A DNA stretch of 64,000 bases from Octopus sinensis. Its lineage: Eukaryota. The notes below the pieces were generated by a model that saw nothing but the letters and a program-made list of their open reading frames with translations, made no database searches and had not been told where the DNA came from. A program made the position numbers and the translations under genes. The stretch lies in assembly GCF_006345805.1 (NCBI RefSeq), contig NC_043004.1, forward strand, positions 31,930,001-31,994,000. Direction: 5' to 3'. Shown piece by piece: positions 1-12,300 of the stretch. The first letter of the stretch is position 1; every line of letters starts with the position of its first letter.

Positions 1-105
1 GAAAAAGAGGAGAATCAGACATCAAACGAAAACGTTGAGGAACAGTTTGATGAGGAGAAAAAATCAGAACATAAGGACAGCCGAGAGTCAAGTGACGAAC
101 TGTAG
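1..105 (+). CDS. 3' end of an unidentified gene; acidic C-terminal tail ending in SDEL (probable ER-lumenal protein), 5' part outside window
   Basis: Frame 1 reads EKEENQTSNENVEEQFDEEKKSEHKDSRESSDEL-TAG(103-105). An xDEL-stop after an acidic tail is typical of KDEL-receptor clients. AATAAA motifs follow near 234 and 518. Confidence 0.65.
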   Translation, partial: EKEENQTSNENVEEQFDEEKKSEHKDSRESSDEL

Positions 106-1129
106 AATGACTAAGCAAATGATTGCAAACCACAATCTGATTGCTTGTAGATGAGTGGGTGGGTGGATGCACGCCCCTCACTGTCTATCGAGGCACAAAC
201 CTATGGCCTTGCCAGAATGCCTTGTTCAAAGTGAATAAACCTGAGGTTTTGTTGAGATTACAGATGAAAGAGCTAATCTTTCAGACTCAGAAGATTGGAA
301 TCACGTCTTGTCTTTCACTGATTCTTCCAATGATGTCTGCACTTAATATTTTCTTTTCTCAAATATCTTTAATTTATTTTTATTTCTTTATTTACTTAAT
401 CTGTCCTTGCAATTTTACATGGGGTGTTTTTTTTTTTTTTTGCTAGTTTCTTTTCATATTATAATGTTTAGCGTTTAAAATTTCATGGAGGGGGAGAAAA
501 TTTTAAATGATTGCATTAAATAAAACTTTGTTCTTAAATTGTTTGTTGTTGTTTTACTGATCTGTCTTTTATCACATCTGAGTCTGTTGTTCAGTTAATG
601 GCAGTTTACAGTTTGGTACACTGGCTGACATTTTCTATGTGCATTTGTGAATATATAACATGTCTGTGTTGTGTCCAATGGACATTACACAACACTTCTT
701 TACTACTATTGCCTTCCTATTCATTAACACAGAGTGATTTCCTTTGGGTAATCTATTGAAACTAGTCCATGCATGCTTAAATAGAACACACACACACACA
801 CACAATACATTGTGGGTTTTGGAATAGGAAAGGAATCAAGATAACAACTTTGTTATATGGTTCAGTTAGGGAGGGGTGGCAGAGATACTTGATGATTGAA
901 TAATTCTTAGTGGACTGAATTATGTAGAGAGTGGGAGGAGGACAAATAAGCTTGAACAGTGAGGAGTGGCTGTGTTTTGTCTCTTGTGACTTGGTAACAT
1001 TTTTGGAAAAAGATGGCTGTAGTAATGGGTTTGTCAGTGCCAGGAGAATTTAAGCAGTTGACTGTAATCATTCTTTTATGTGTACCCCTCTCTCTCTCTC
1101 TCTCTCTTCATCCCACTCAAGATTATGGC

Positions 1130-2440
1130 TCTGAATCCTCCAAATGTTTCACTCCAGACAACACATCTATAATACTTATAGAAAATCACTGACACCTACA
1201 AATTGGATACCTTATGGCCAACACAGCAACTCTTGTAAGACTACATCATATATTTCGTATTGAACTCAGTGAACTCCCCAAACCTAATAATCCTTTCTTT
1301 TGCTGCCCACTTTGCGTTCAACTTGACATTGGTCGTATGAGGTAATTCTCCTCCCCACTCCATCAGGTCCCACTGCCACACACCTTCATGCCAAGTATGA
1401 AATCAATAAGGCCACTGACCAGGAAAATGTTCCTTTCCTTACTCAGACAATGTATACCAGAGTTAGTCTCTACACACCAATTACTTCAATATTTCTCTCT
1501 GTTTTTCTCTCCACTGATAAATCCTGATCTTTGGAAACCCACAACTATGTTGTCCCATTTCCAAGAAGAGCAATTACTCTGACCCTGCCATTAATCATAC
1601 TTCTGCACTTCTATCACCTCAAAGCTAATGGAGAAATCCATTGACAACTTATCCCAGCACCTTGAATTTCCCTCTTATGGCCACTCACCAGTGGATCCTT
1701 TGCATTAAGAAATTATCTAAAAAAAAGAGTTTTATTTTACTCAACATCTGCAAAGCAGTCAACTGTATGCGGCACACAAATCTATCAAAACTGCTACTCT
1801 TTCAGTTCCATCTGTCATCTCTTGTCTCAGTGGCTTCCTGTCAGATCTTATTGCATGTGCTACTGAAGTTCTCTTCACCCCAAGGTTAAGTTTTCTCCTC
1901 TATGCTCTTTTTCTTATATATTGATGATCTACTTGTTACCATATCCAACATGCACTCATATTCAGATGTTGCCAGCCTTCATTCCTCCCCAACCTTCTGT
2001 ATCAAAGCATCATCTATTTGCAACCTCGACATCTTATGCCAAACCTACACTGACTCTAGGAATAACAGCCTGAGATCTTCCACTGGGGTCATGTTAATGT
2101 TATCTCTGCCAAACACCACTGTCACTCATAAACATCAAGCATCAACAGTTCTGGATATCTTTTTTAGTGAACATGCGTACTCAACATTGCAAAGATTAGG
2201 CCTCCTCTCATCTCAGTTGCTGATGCTACACACACACACGGTCACGGTAGACTGCATCCAATGAAAGACCACCGATGTGCTGATTCCTCTGCTTCACATT
2301 TTGCTACTACCATTGCCTCTGCTCCTTTGAGCTAGCTCACATGTCCTGTCTTAACTCGCTTCTTGCACTGACGTGGCCTGTATTGTCCCTTGCTCTAAAC
2401 ACTAAGTCTGGTATTTTCTCCAGGACACCCCTCTGGAATT
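1130..2440 (+). mobile_element. Degenerate non-LTR retrotransposon (CR1/L2/Jockey-like LINE) ORF2 fragment
   Basis: Broken frames retain RT-like motifs LNICKAVNCMRH, PQG (about 1878-1886), LFFLYIDDL and HSYSD; many stops and frameshifts. Confidence 0.75.
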
Positions 2441-2664
2441 TCCACCTTGTAAGCTGTTCCAATGGCACATGAAATATGTCAGTCTTGGAAGGCCATATCA
2501 AAACCCCACCAAAAAAAAAAAAAACATCTTGAGATAGCAGATATTGTTTTTTCCTTTTAAAAATGTCTATTTCTAAGAATTATATAATTTTATTAACAAC
2601 AAACTCCTCAAAGAATATAATTAGAAAGTTATTTGATTGAAGACTATGTGTAAGTGCTTCAGTA

Positions 2665-2830
2665 TCATTCACAGTAAAAAGCCACTATCACCCCATGTGC
2701 AACTAAACTGCCGTTTTCATATACATATTCAGCATAACCATCATCTTCAGATGATTGCAATACCTTCCTGCTCAGCGCCAAGTCCTGTCGTTTTTTTTCT
2801 CCTATTAGAACTGTGCATACATATTTGTAA
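2665..2830 (-). CDS. Tctex-1 domain protein (DYNLT/TCTEX1D-like), coding exon 4 of 4
   Basis: Acceptor tttcatttttcag|, 166 nt, encodes (R)YKYVCTVLIGEKKRQDLALSRKVLQSSEDDGYAEYVYENGSLVAHGVIVAFYCE-TGA. RYK..V.IGE and the terminal YxE are Tctex hallmarks. AATAAA on - strand at 2589-2594. Confidence 0.9.
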
Positions 2831-3025
2831 CTGAAAAATGAAAGGGAATAACTTCAATAGTAGTATGCAATAGTATAAAGTGGTAAAATTGATAAGAATT
2901 TAACCACTGTGGTGTAAAGTAATCTTCGGGGATGGGGGGAGGTACCCTCAAAATGATCAAGTCAAAAATGCAACTGGACTTTCTTTCCAACCTGTGGGTA
3001 TGTTTATCAGCTTTATTTAATATAG

Positions 3026-3400
3026 ACGCAGGCGTGGCTGTGTGATAAGAAGCCTATTTCCCAACCACATGGTTCCAGGTTCAGTCGCACTGCTTGACAC
3101 TTTGGGCAAGTACCTTCTACTATAGCCTCGGGCCGACCAAAGCCTTGTGAGTGGATATGGTAGATAGAAACTGAAAGAGGCCCATCGTATATGTGTGTGT
3201 CTTTGTGTCTGTCCTCCACCTCAGATTGACAACCGGTGCTGGTGTATTTACATCCTCGTAACTGTGTGTTCAGCAAAAGAAACTGATAGAATAAGTACCA
3301 GTATTTAAAAAAATAAGTTCTGGGGTTGATTCAGTCAGCTAAAAAATTCTCCAACGTAGTGCCAACAGCATGGCCGCAGTCTAATGACTGAAAGAAGTAA
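3026..3400 (+). mobile_element. tRNA-derived SINE, family A copy
   Basis: A-box-like GTGGCTGTGTG and B-box-like GGTTCAGTC head, conserved body shared with copies at 5032, 17600 and 28781. Confidence 0.8.
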
Positions 3401-3701
3401 AAGAGAAAAGATCTGTCTTCCATACTGGCACGGGTTGAATAGTTTGGCAGGATCCGAACTGCAAGCCTGTGTCGAGCACCAATGTCTACTTCGGCATAAC
3501 TTATATGGCTGGATGCCTTTCCTAATGCAAGCCACATTACATAGGGTACTGAGTGCTTTTTTTTTTTTCGTGTCATCTGCTAAATAACTTGCAAGACAAA
3601 AAGAAGTCCCCTCAACTGCGTGGGGTTATAGTAGAGAGAGATGTGGCTTCATGTCAGATGTTGAGAAGATAGAGGGATAAAAAACATGATTCACAAATGT
3701 G

Positions 3702-3770
3702 CTGGATGTCCATAAATTACCTTTACAATTTGAAGTGTGGAAGTTTTAAAGATAATTTATGGACACCCTG
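3702..3770. mobile_element. Tiny Tc1/mariner-type MITE remnant
   Basis: Inverted ends CTGGATGTCCATAAATTACCTTT / AAAGATAATTTATGGACACCCTG; the CAGGGTGT end is shared with the element at 35294. Confidence 0.5.
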
Positions 3771-4448
3771 TGTATATGTGTGCGCATCATTGGTTTGTTT
3801 CAACGTCCATTTTTCCATGAATTGGACGGGGGCCTATTTAAACCATTACCTGCTTTCAAACAAATATCTCCTATAGTATAGTACTTTGAACAGCACATGG
3901 TTTCACACAAGCTTGCAAACATACGACACAGCATATATATAATTGTGTCAGACATTTGTTTACGACAAGGAGACACGAGCGCACAAACATATACACGGCA
4001 GGCTTTCAGTTTTCCGTCTACCTGGTCCATTCAGGTTGGTCCGGGCTATAGAAGACGCCCAAGGTGCCAAGCAAGAAATTCCCAAAATAACCTATCACTA
4101 GTAATAGTAGTATAGTAGGGTGAGAAATAGCGAACTGTCTGTCAGTGTTTACATTATAAGTTAAAATCCCCCCTCAGTTGACCTTGCTTATTGTTATTTA
4201 ACCCCAAGTCAACCCCACCTTAGCAAACCTGTGACCAGCAGCATTCTAGTCATACTGTTTTCTTGTATATATAACCCTATGTTTTCACATGACCTTCTTT
4301 TTTAAGATGGTATGGTATGTTTTGAGGGAAATTTTGTTTTGTTATTTTTAGCAACCCAAATGACTGCTTATAGACTCCTTCGTAGACACTGGTATGTGAG
4401 CTTGGAATGAATAAAAATAGTAATATGGTGATAGGGGTTTTTACCTAC

Positions 4449-4539
4449 CGTGAAAAGTTCAGCTGTTTGACTTCATTTTTGATGGTGTTACTCATAAGGA
4501 TAGCTTTCTTCTTTGCTGTATTTTCATCATATAATGTTC
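4449..4539 (-). CDS. Tctex-1 domain protein, coding exon 3 of 4
   Basis: Acceptor tttatcatgcag|, donor |gtaggt, 91 nt, phase 1 to phase 2; encodes (G)TLYDENTAKKKAILMSNTIKNEVKQLNFS(R). Confidence 0.9.
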
Positions 4540-4632
4540 CTGCATGATAAATAAATATCTACACAGCTGTGAACAATGCCATCAAATGTGGACTATCTCA
4601 AACTGCATCTACGTGTGTGTGTGTGTGTGCAT

Positions 4633-4717
4633 TTATGCAGATAAACAAATTAGACACATTAAATACATCATGATGTATTTAATTTATTTGATGTGTCTAA
4701 TTTGTTTATCCACATAA
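4633..4717. repeat. Spacer-less inverted repeat (hairpin/cruciform)
   Basis: Perfect 24-bp palindrome 4659-4682 plus perfect 20-bp outer arms 4640-4659 / 4691-4710, with an 8-nt one-sided bulge. Confidence 0.85.
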
Positions 4718-5031
4718 TTGCCTCTATACCTGCTCAACTTGATCCCTCTTATAGCCTGTCTTTACCTTGTGGAATGATCCCCTGTAAAGACATCGGAATC
4801 TAAGTTTGAATCTTTTGAGCACTACTAAGTGTCTTCTATACGGAGAATCTCTGGATCTCATCTGTGAACTATATATGTAAGTACACACATACATGTGTGT
4901 GTATATATTGTATATAACACTCACAAATATAATAAAGTCAAAAAACAAAAGGAACGCAGCGCCGATAACGGACAGCCAACAACCATTGAGATGGTTGCAA
5001 GAATCAACGAAAATTCTGGAAAAAATATATA

Positions 5032-5422
5032 GGCGCAGGAGTGGCTGTGTGGTAAGTAGCTTGCTTACCAACCTTATGGCTCCGGGTTCATTCCTACTAC
5101 ATGGCACCTTGGGCAAGTGTCTTCTACTATATCCTCGGGCCGACCAAATCCTTGTGAGTGGATTTGGTAGACGGAAACTGAAAGAAGCTCGTCATATATA
5201 TATTATGTGTATGTATATGTTTGTGTGTCTGTGTTTGTCCCCCCAACATCGCTTGACAGCCGATGGTGGTGTGTTTACGTCCCCGTAACCTAGTGGTTCG
5301 GCAAAAGGGAATGATAGAATAAGTACTAAGCTTCCAAAGAATAAGTCCTGGAGTCGATTTGCTCGACTAAAGGCGGTGCTCCAGCATGGCCACAGTCAAA
5401 TGACTGAAACAAGTAAAAGAGT
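5032..5422 (+). mobile_element. tRNA-derived SINE, family A, near full length
   Basis: GGCGCAGGAGTGGCTGTGTGG head, B box GGTTCATTCC, central (TA/TG) microsatellite, tail GACTGAAACAAGTAAAAGAG. Confidence 0.85.
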
Positions 5423-6239
5423 AAATAAACTGAGTGGAAATCGAACCAGTGAATGTGTTAGTTGATAAGGGGTAAAGATTCTCCCCAGACTAAACAAAAC
5501 CAAATAATGATATTTTGAAAGCATTTAATACGTATGTTTCAGTATTATACACTGTAAAATATAATAGCAAGAGCTTTTTCGGTTAATACATTTCAAAATA
5601 TTACTTGACTAGTGGAACCGTGGAAGTTCCACAAAACGAGAAAGGATGATTTGCATTTTATTTTTATTTTGCTAAGTTATTTCATTTCCAGTCACAATAA
5701 CATATTATATGGTTTTAAAATTACCTTCTGCTGAAAGCTTTATACTTCTTTCTCTCAACAAATTTTTTTAACCGTGTAATTTTCCTCTTCACTTCCTCTA
5801 ACCATATAAGTGACAGTATAATGCATCAGCTGGCTATCTTCTCTCTCACACTCACATACTCTCTTCCTCTCTCTCACTCTCACTCCTCCTCTTTTTTCCC
5901 CTCTAACAAACTGTAATATTCTTTACGAACAGGTAAAAGAATAATATAGATTTAGTTGAATAAAAAAAATACTTTCCACTATCAACACACCACCATCATC
6001 ATCACTATAGTTTTCAAATACGAAGGTCATTCCAGTTTAGCTGTTTGTTTATATCTACTTTTTCTTTCTGTCGATGTATCTCTACTCTAACAATACAAAC
6101 GCTCTCTGCATCTATCTGTCTGTCTGTCTGTCTCTCTCTCCTATAATGTAAATTCAGTGCCAAAAGGAACGTTCTACTGTTTGAGAGAGAAGACTTTATT
6201 TACAAAGTGTACAAAGAGAGTGTGTGAATGCTAGCAAGG

Positions 6240-7057
6240 TGTAGTATCTGGATGCGTGCGACAAGTGTTTTGTGTCTGTGTGTTTGTGTGTGCGACAGAG
6301 GTGTATGCATATAACACAGAATACAGAGCATAAGATTAGCATATTGAGTGAAGATGGAATTTGTTTACCAGTTCGTAAGTGAGGTACACAATAGCAAACA
6401 GTTCTATAACAAGATGTTGTGGACACGAGGCAGAGGCCGATTGGGCACATGTCGTGCAGCGGTTTGTGACTTCAATGCCGTGCCGAGTCTCTTGATACAG
6501 AAAGTTCTTCAGGTAGACTGTAACTGTTTTACCTCTGTGAAATATTCACAAACAGCGTGGAGTTTAAAACCTGGGCGAGTGCTGTGTACGTATTGCTATA
6601 GTCGACGGAGATAGAGACGACGCAGAGTTGAAGGACGAAGATGGTGATGGCGGCGGCAGAGGGAGACGACGTTGAGATGAAGGCGACGGAAATGTAGAAA
6701 GTCCTGTCTGTCGCTGGTGTATAATACCGTCTTCATGGCTGGAGCAGGAGCATGGCTGGCTGGCTGGTCGTCTGTCGCTGGAACTGGAACATGGCTGAGT
6801 AGCTCGGTGGTCAGTGATTAGACCTTAGAAGGTCTAGAGCCAAAGGCCTGGAATAGTGAATGCTGGGCTTTTTATAGGGTTAAAGTGGCTCAAACAGGGC
6901 ATCTGAAAAACAGTATCACGAAACCTTATCCAAAGGCCGCGATTGGTTGGCTTACACACTGGTGCGAAATAAGTCCAGAGACAAACTGCGCCAATGCCAA
7001 CCAATCAGAGCAGTGGACACAACAGGGTCAAACTAGCCAAAGATGGTTGTTAACTAC
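6240..7057 (-). mobile_element. Solo-LTR-like dispersed element, copy 1
   Basis: Diverged reverse-complement homologue of 8255-9035. CCAAT boxes, TATAAA (6871-6876, - strand) and downstream AATAAA (about 6195-6200, - strand). Termini and TSD not resolved. Confidence 0.5.
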
Positions 7058-7554
7058 CCCGAGATTATTCTTAATGTGTCTCTCAATCAGTGAGGATATC
7101 AGTTACGCTACAATGGTAATGATGTCATGTTATTTACGCATTTTGCCTATGGTCGCACAAAAAACCATGGTAATACACTTATAATTGATAAATGCAAGAA
7201 AACGAAATTTAAAAGTTATGCAACGATTTATTTCTGCTAGATTTCCTAAATTATAATATTTTACATGTAGACTATACGTGTTAATATCTAAAATATTGAC
7301 TGTGCACTTACAATAATCTTTAGACCCAAACTTTTGAGTTCTAATTATTTGTTACTAATCCTTTCTAACTGTGCCCATTCTTATTGCAGGTTACAACTAA
7401 TCTTTCATCTCTCTACATGCTAAACTCTATAGAAGCGAATTTCATTTGAAAAGTTTATAAAATAACTAAAGTTACTAACTTCGGCACCATTAAATGCAAC
7501 ACATAGGAACATCAAAATGTTCCATACTTTTGTTTTTTTTTCCTTTAACCTTAT

Positions 7555-7726
7555 CAGACATTAGACTGCGGCTATGCTGTGGCGCCGCCTTGAAAATTTT
7601 TAGTCCAACGAGTCGATTTTAGTACTTATTTTTTAAGCCTAGTACTCATTCCACCAGTCTCTTTTGCCACGTTACAAGGACGTAAACACACCAACAACAG
7701 TTATCAAGTAGTAGTGGGGGTAACCA

Positions 7727-7780
<54 letters not shown>

Positions 7781-7830
7781 ACTGGAAAGCAAACCTCTTA
7801 TCACAGAACCACGCCTGCACCTAACAATAC
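7555..7830 (-). mobile_element. SINE family A copy with long (CA)n tract
   Basis: Reverse complement of the family A tail and body; (CA)n about 7727-7775. Confidence 0.7.
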
Positions 7831-8254
7831 ATTTTATTTAGAAAAGGTCATCATAGGAAAGAAAAGAGCTTTTAGCCTGCATAACAACATGAATATTTAA
7901 TTATCCTAAATATTATAATAAGGCTTTAAACAGAAGCGGCTTCTCCAATGAAGTTCAATATATACCCTGACAAAATACTGCTTATGCTAAGAATACCAGA
8001 AGGATGCTTACATAGTTTAATCTGCCTTTCAGTTTAAATATTAGTTTTAATATTGCTTCTTCTTTCCTAAACTTAATCAATAAAACTACCCTGCTAAACA
8101 AGTTTTATAAGAGATTTTTTTAAAAGCAGGAATGGCTTTAATGCAAGTTAGAACTGTACAAATAACTTCTGCATTTTCCTCATCTAGGATTTGTAGTGGA
8201 CGCTTAGTGAAATACTTTCTCTCTCTCTCTGACATATATAACACAAATACGGAC

Positions 8255-9035
8255 GTAGCAGATAACAGCTAACCTTCGGCCGTTTGGGCCTTGTTGTGTC
8301 CATTACTCTGATTGGTTGATATTGGCGCAGTTTGTCTCTTGCTGTATTACGCGCCAAAGTGCAACCCAACCAATCACAGCCTTCTGATAAGGTCCCGTGA
8401 CAAATCTTCTAAATTCTCTGATGGAGCCTCCTAATCTCTATAAAGCTAGATCAACAAACAGTATCTCGTCTTTGGTTCTAGTCCTTCTAAGGCTAACCTC
8501 TGACCACAGAGAACCCAGCGACAGACAGCCAATTCCAACGTCAGACAACATCAATTCCGGACCTCCATCTCCGTCGCCTTCATCTTAACGACGCCTCCAC
8601 CACCGTCGACTTCATCTTAACGACGCCAACAGCAACTTCGCCTAGGTTTAACTTCTCACTGTTTGTGAATAATTCACCATGGTTAATAGTAAGCTCAACC
8701 TGCGAGTACTTTCTGTACCAAGTAACCCGGCACAGCATAGCAGCCACAACCGCTTACACGACATGTGTTCAACCAGCTCTGCCTTGTGACCTCAACTTCT
8801 TGTTACAGCTTCTTCAACTATTGTGTAACTTACTACGAACTGGTATATATCTTCAACTTGTGTCTGAACATTCATCTAGCGTCCTATTGTAACCACTTTC
8901 TTTGCTCTGTATTTTATCTCACACGCATACAACCTTGTTTGTACACACCTACACATTATGTATGCATGACGGCCTGTCTATTATTATTGTTCTTATTATA
9001 TATGTACTTATGTCGCGCACACAGACACACTCTGC
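8255..9035 (+). mobile_element. Solo-LTR-like dispersed element, copy 2
   Basis: Homologous to copy 1 (shared TTGTGTCCA.T.CTCTGATTGGTTG and CTATTGTGTA..T.AC.TACGAACTGGTA). CCAAT 8370-8374, TATAAA 8439-8444. Confidence 0.5.
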
Positions 9036-9296
9036 TAACACACATATACATTATGTATGCTTCTCAGACTGTGGTAGGAAATGGAAGAGAAAAATAGACC
9101 ACATATCATGGTTGCTGCGGTAAGAACCAGTAACACAGCAAGATATTGAGTTATCAGGGAGTAGGTCTCTATGTTTGCACCAGAGTGGATTCTCCTAAAG
9201 GCAGTGAAAGAGATGCATTAAGGCTACCGTCAAAAATAGACACATTCCATTCAGCAGTTTTGAACTTGTCAGCTACTGAAAAAGGCTAAAACTTAC

Positions 9297-9390
9297 CCTC
9301 TAAATTACCACGTAAACAATCTTTTATAATTACTCGGGCTCTGTCTGGGATAAAAGGAAATTCAGCATGCATTGGATGTTGTGGATCATA
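9297..9390 (-). CDS. Tctex-1 domain protein, coding exon 2 of 4
   Basis: Acceptor cttttcttttttatgttcacag|, donor |gtaagt, 94 nt, phase 0 to phase 1; encodes YDPQHPMHAEFPFIPDRARVIIKDCLRGNLE. Confidence 0.9.
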
Positions 9391-9989
9391 CTGTGAACAT
9401 AAAAAAGAAAAGTACGAGAGCACTAATATAAACAAACGATAAAAAATTATATGACGGTAATTGTTTGAGAAAGGTAGGTGACGTGAACGGCTGGAAAACT
9501 ACGTCTAATTACTCTCATGTGAGTTTGTTGCAATCGAAACTTTTGTGATGTCAAAGACAAAAATCATTGGTTTCTATAAAGTTTTCAAGCGTGAGAGAAG
9601 ACTGGTGTGTGATATAGGATGTAAGATGCTAAATCTTTTTCAATACCAAACTCTCTCTGATAACAATGTACAAGACATTTAATTTTTAAAATATTCACAT
9701 TTGGATTAAATGATTAATGTAAAACTTAATCATTTTATTAAATCATCCCATGATTTTAATTATTTTGAAAGATAACTGAAATATGATACCAAAAAAGGGT
9801 TAAATATGGTTCTACAAAAACAGTACTGGTAGGTGCTGATTACAAAGAGAAATTCATTGTGTTAAAAAATATGGTGAAATCCCTCATTCGGAAAAAAGAT
9901 AACGGCTGGCAACAGGAAGGGCGTCCGGTTGTAAAAACAATGTCTCAATAATATATTCATTTAATCCATGCAAGCATGGAAAAACAGAT

Positions 9990-10400
9990 GTGAAACGAGT
10001 GAACAAAGACGTGAATTTCGAAGTGTATTGATTGAGGATGATCTTGTTGGACTGAAGTGACCAAAGAATATTTCACACTTGGTAACAATTTACACAGAGG
10101 TTCTCAGATGGACGCCAGCCGAGATGTTCTGAGAATTTGGTGAGAAGGACGTTTGTTGCCAAGAATAGTCAGCACAGTATTGATCAATTTAGTTGATTTG
10201 AAGTTCCGGATAGTTTAAGTGTTGAGGTTGTTATACAGAAGGTTCAAGTGGAGAAGATGGTGCAAAACTGTCCAGATTAGCAAACTGATTTGAGGGCTTT
10301 GTAATAGGACTCAGTGAGATAGCAATAAAGAAATGAGTTTAAAGTTATTTAGTAAGATGATTCAAGCGGTGTCTACATACAAAATAGGAAGGAGATTCGT
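9990..10400 (-). mobile_element. Degenerate LINE fragment (post-endonuclease linker region)
   Basis: Broken translation NLDSFAPSSPLE...QYCADYSW resembles the same LINE class as 1130-2440; stops present. Confidence 0.4.
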
Positions 10401-11208
10401 TCAGACGTTTATTGTATCTTCGGCTTTATCGTTGGTGGTAAATATGTCATCATAAATATGTCATCATTAAAAGAAGCGCTGATAGGGCTGGTGGTACAGT
10501 ATAGGGCTAATAGGGCTGGTGATCCCTCTCTTCAGAGGGTTGCAGCTTGCTGAAGCAATAAATTTTGCGCCTTCAGGTGATTTTTGTTCATTTTGTTTCA
10601 TTGTGACAGAATGTGAGTGTTGTGTATTTCGTTTCGTCTGCCCTTTCTGTTGCCAAAGTGTTGCACGTAAGTCCCAATACTGGGCCACAACAGTCCCAAT
10701 ATTGGGCAACAGCAGTCCCACTATTGGGCCCAATACATGACCACAATAGATTTGTACTCTAGCTCTCATACTTAATAAATATACAAGAAATCACTCAGTG
10801 GTAACATTGAGGAGGATCTGAATAAAGGAAATTGAAGACAACATCACTATATTAACGAATGAATGAGGGTCAGCAAAAATACTTCTCAAGTAACAAATAA
10901 ACAACTTTATGATCTAGTCAACTATAATGGTTGTATCGATGGACACCGGGTTAGTTCCTAATAGATATAGACACTCAACCATACCTCCCGTCAAAAATGG
11001 GGGTGGGGGTATTGCGTAAAAGGAAAAAAAGAAGTAAAAAGAAAGACCTATCATTACTTAACGAATTAGACAAGAAGAGATTCAATATGAAAAGGAAAAG
11101 AACCCAGATAACAAAAAGATTTATGATCAGTTGAGAAAGCGAACACATTCTGGGAGTAAAAGAAAGGCTGAAACCAAGCATAACAGTAAAATTGTGCAGA
11201 ATAAGATA

Positions 11209-11385
11209 CAGTAATCCCTCGCTATATCGCGGTTCACCTATCGCGGTTTATTATTTAAGCTTGCGCCGATTCCCCCGTAGTGTTGTTTTGCATTTATAAT
11301 AAAATAAATATATACAAAATTATAAAAATGATTTTAAAAATACACAGTACTGCTTCTACTTCGCGGACTTTCGCCTTTCACTAGA
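11209..11385 (+). mobile_element. Truncated Tigger/pogo-type MITE
   Basis: TA|CAGTAATCCCTCGCTATATCGCGGTTCACCTATCGCGG is a Tigger-like left end; right TIR missing. Confidence 0.55.
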
Positions 11386-11769
11386 AGACATGCCAACAGA
11401 AATTCAGGTATATTTTGAGGGTCATCAGCACTCAATACAATAAAAATATTCAATGGATTAGAATGAATGAAGAAAATTTTAAAAAATAGCATCGCAAGCA
11501 TGGACTATCAACACGGTGTTCACAACACATTAAGAACAGCAATTAGAAATCACCAGAAATTTACAAAGTCCCTAATTTCAAGTAGCTCACTAGCACCCGT
11601 GGATATACAGCTAGAGAATTCAGTGAAGTAGTAAGCAGACAAGAATTGACGCTTAGTTGGGTGCTGGAAGGGAAAAACCACACTAATCACTTACAATAAA
11701 ATTTCCAGATACCGCACCATATAAGCCTTTATTACGTCCATACAATTTTTTAAAAACATGTAATAACTA

Positions 11770-12300
11770 TAGTTTAAGTATTTTGGAGTCGTATTCACAA
11801 GTGATGGGAAACAGAAGACTGGGTTGGATGCTAAAATTGCATGTACCCTCAAAGTAATGCTACTTGCTGTCTTCAATTCGGTTTTCGTGCCTATCCTAAC
11901 CTATGGTCATGAATGTTGGGTAATGACCGAAAGAGTACAATTGTGAATACAAGCAGGCAAAACGGGTTCCTTCAAAGGTTCTCTGGAGTAATGTTACTTG
12001 ACTGGGTGAGTAGCTGAGAGGTCACAGCTCCGACTCTACCGACATGGGACAAGAACATCGCAAGAAAGAATCACAAGACGGATTCTTTGAGCCAAACTGA
12101 CCGGTAGTAGACCTAGGGGTAGAGAAGAAAGAGATGGTCGGATAATGTCCGTAGTTTCAGTTGGTTACACTTGGGAATCAGCCGGAAAGTGTAATGACTT
12201 CTGATAGGACCCCATGAAGGAAATATTTGAGAACGCAACTCCCGCAGGCCTCATAGGAAGTGTGAGCGGACTTGGATGGATGAACGGACGGATGGATGGG
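11770..12300 (+). mobile_element. RTE-clade LINE 3' fragment
   Basis: Degenerate FKYFGVVFTSDG...FVPILTYGHECW...AKLTGSRPRG, typical of RTE ORF2 C-termini. Confidence 0.75.

Noticed and set aside
141-446. 101-aa ORF
   Set aside because: Non-ATG start, low-complexity F/I-rich end, lies in the likely 3' UTR of the SDEL gene.
5032-5110. tRNA-like A and B boxes (also in other SINE heads)
   Set aside because: No complete cloverleaf; continues into a SINE body, so not a tRNA gene.
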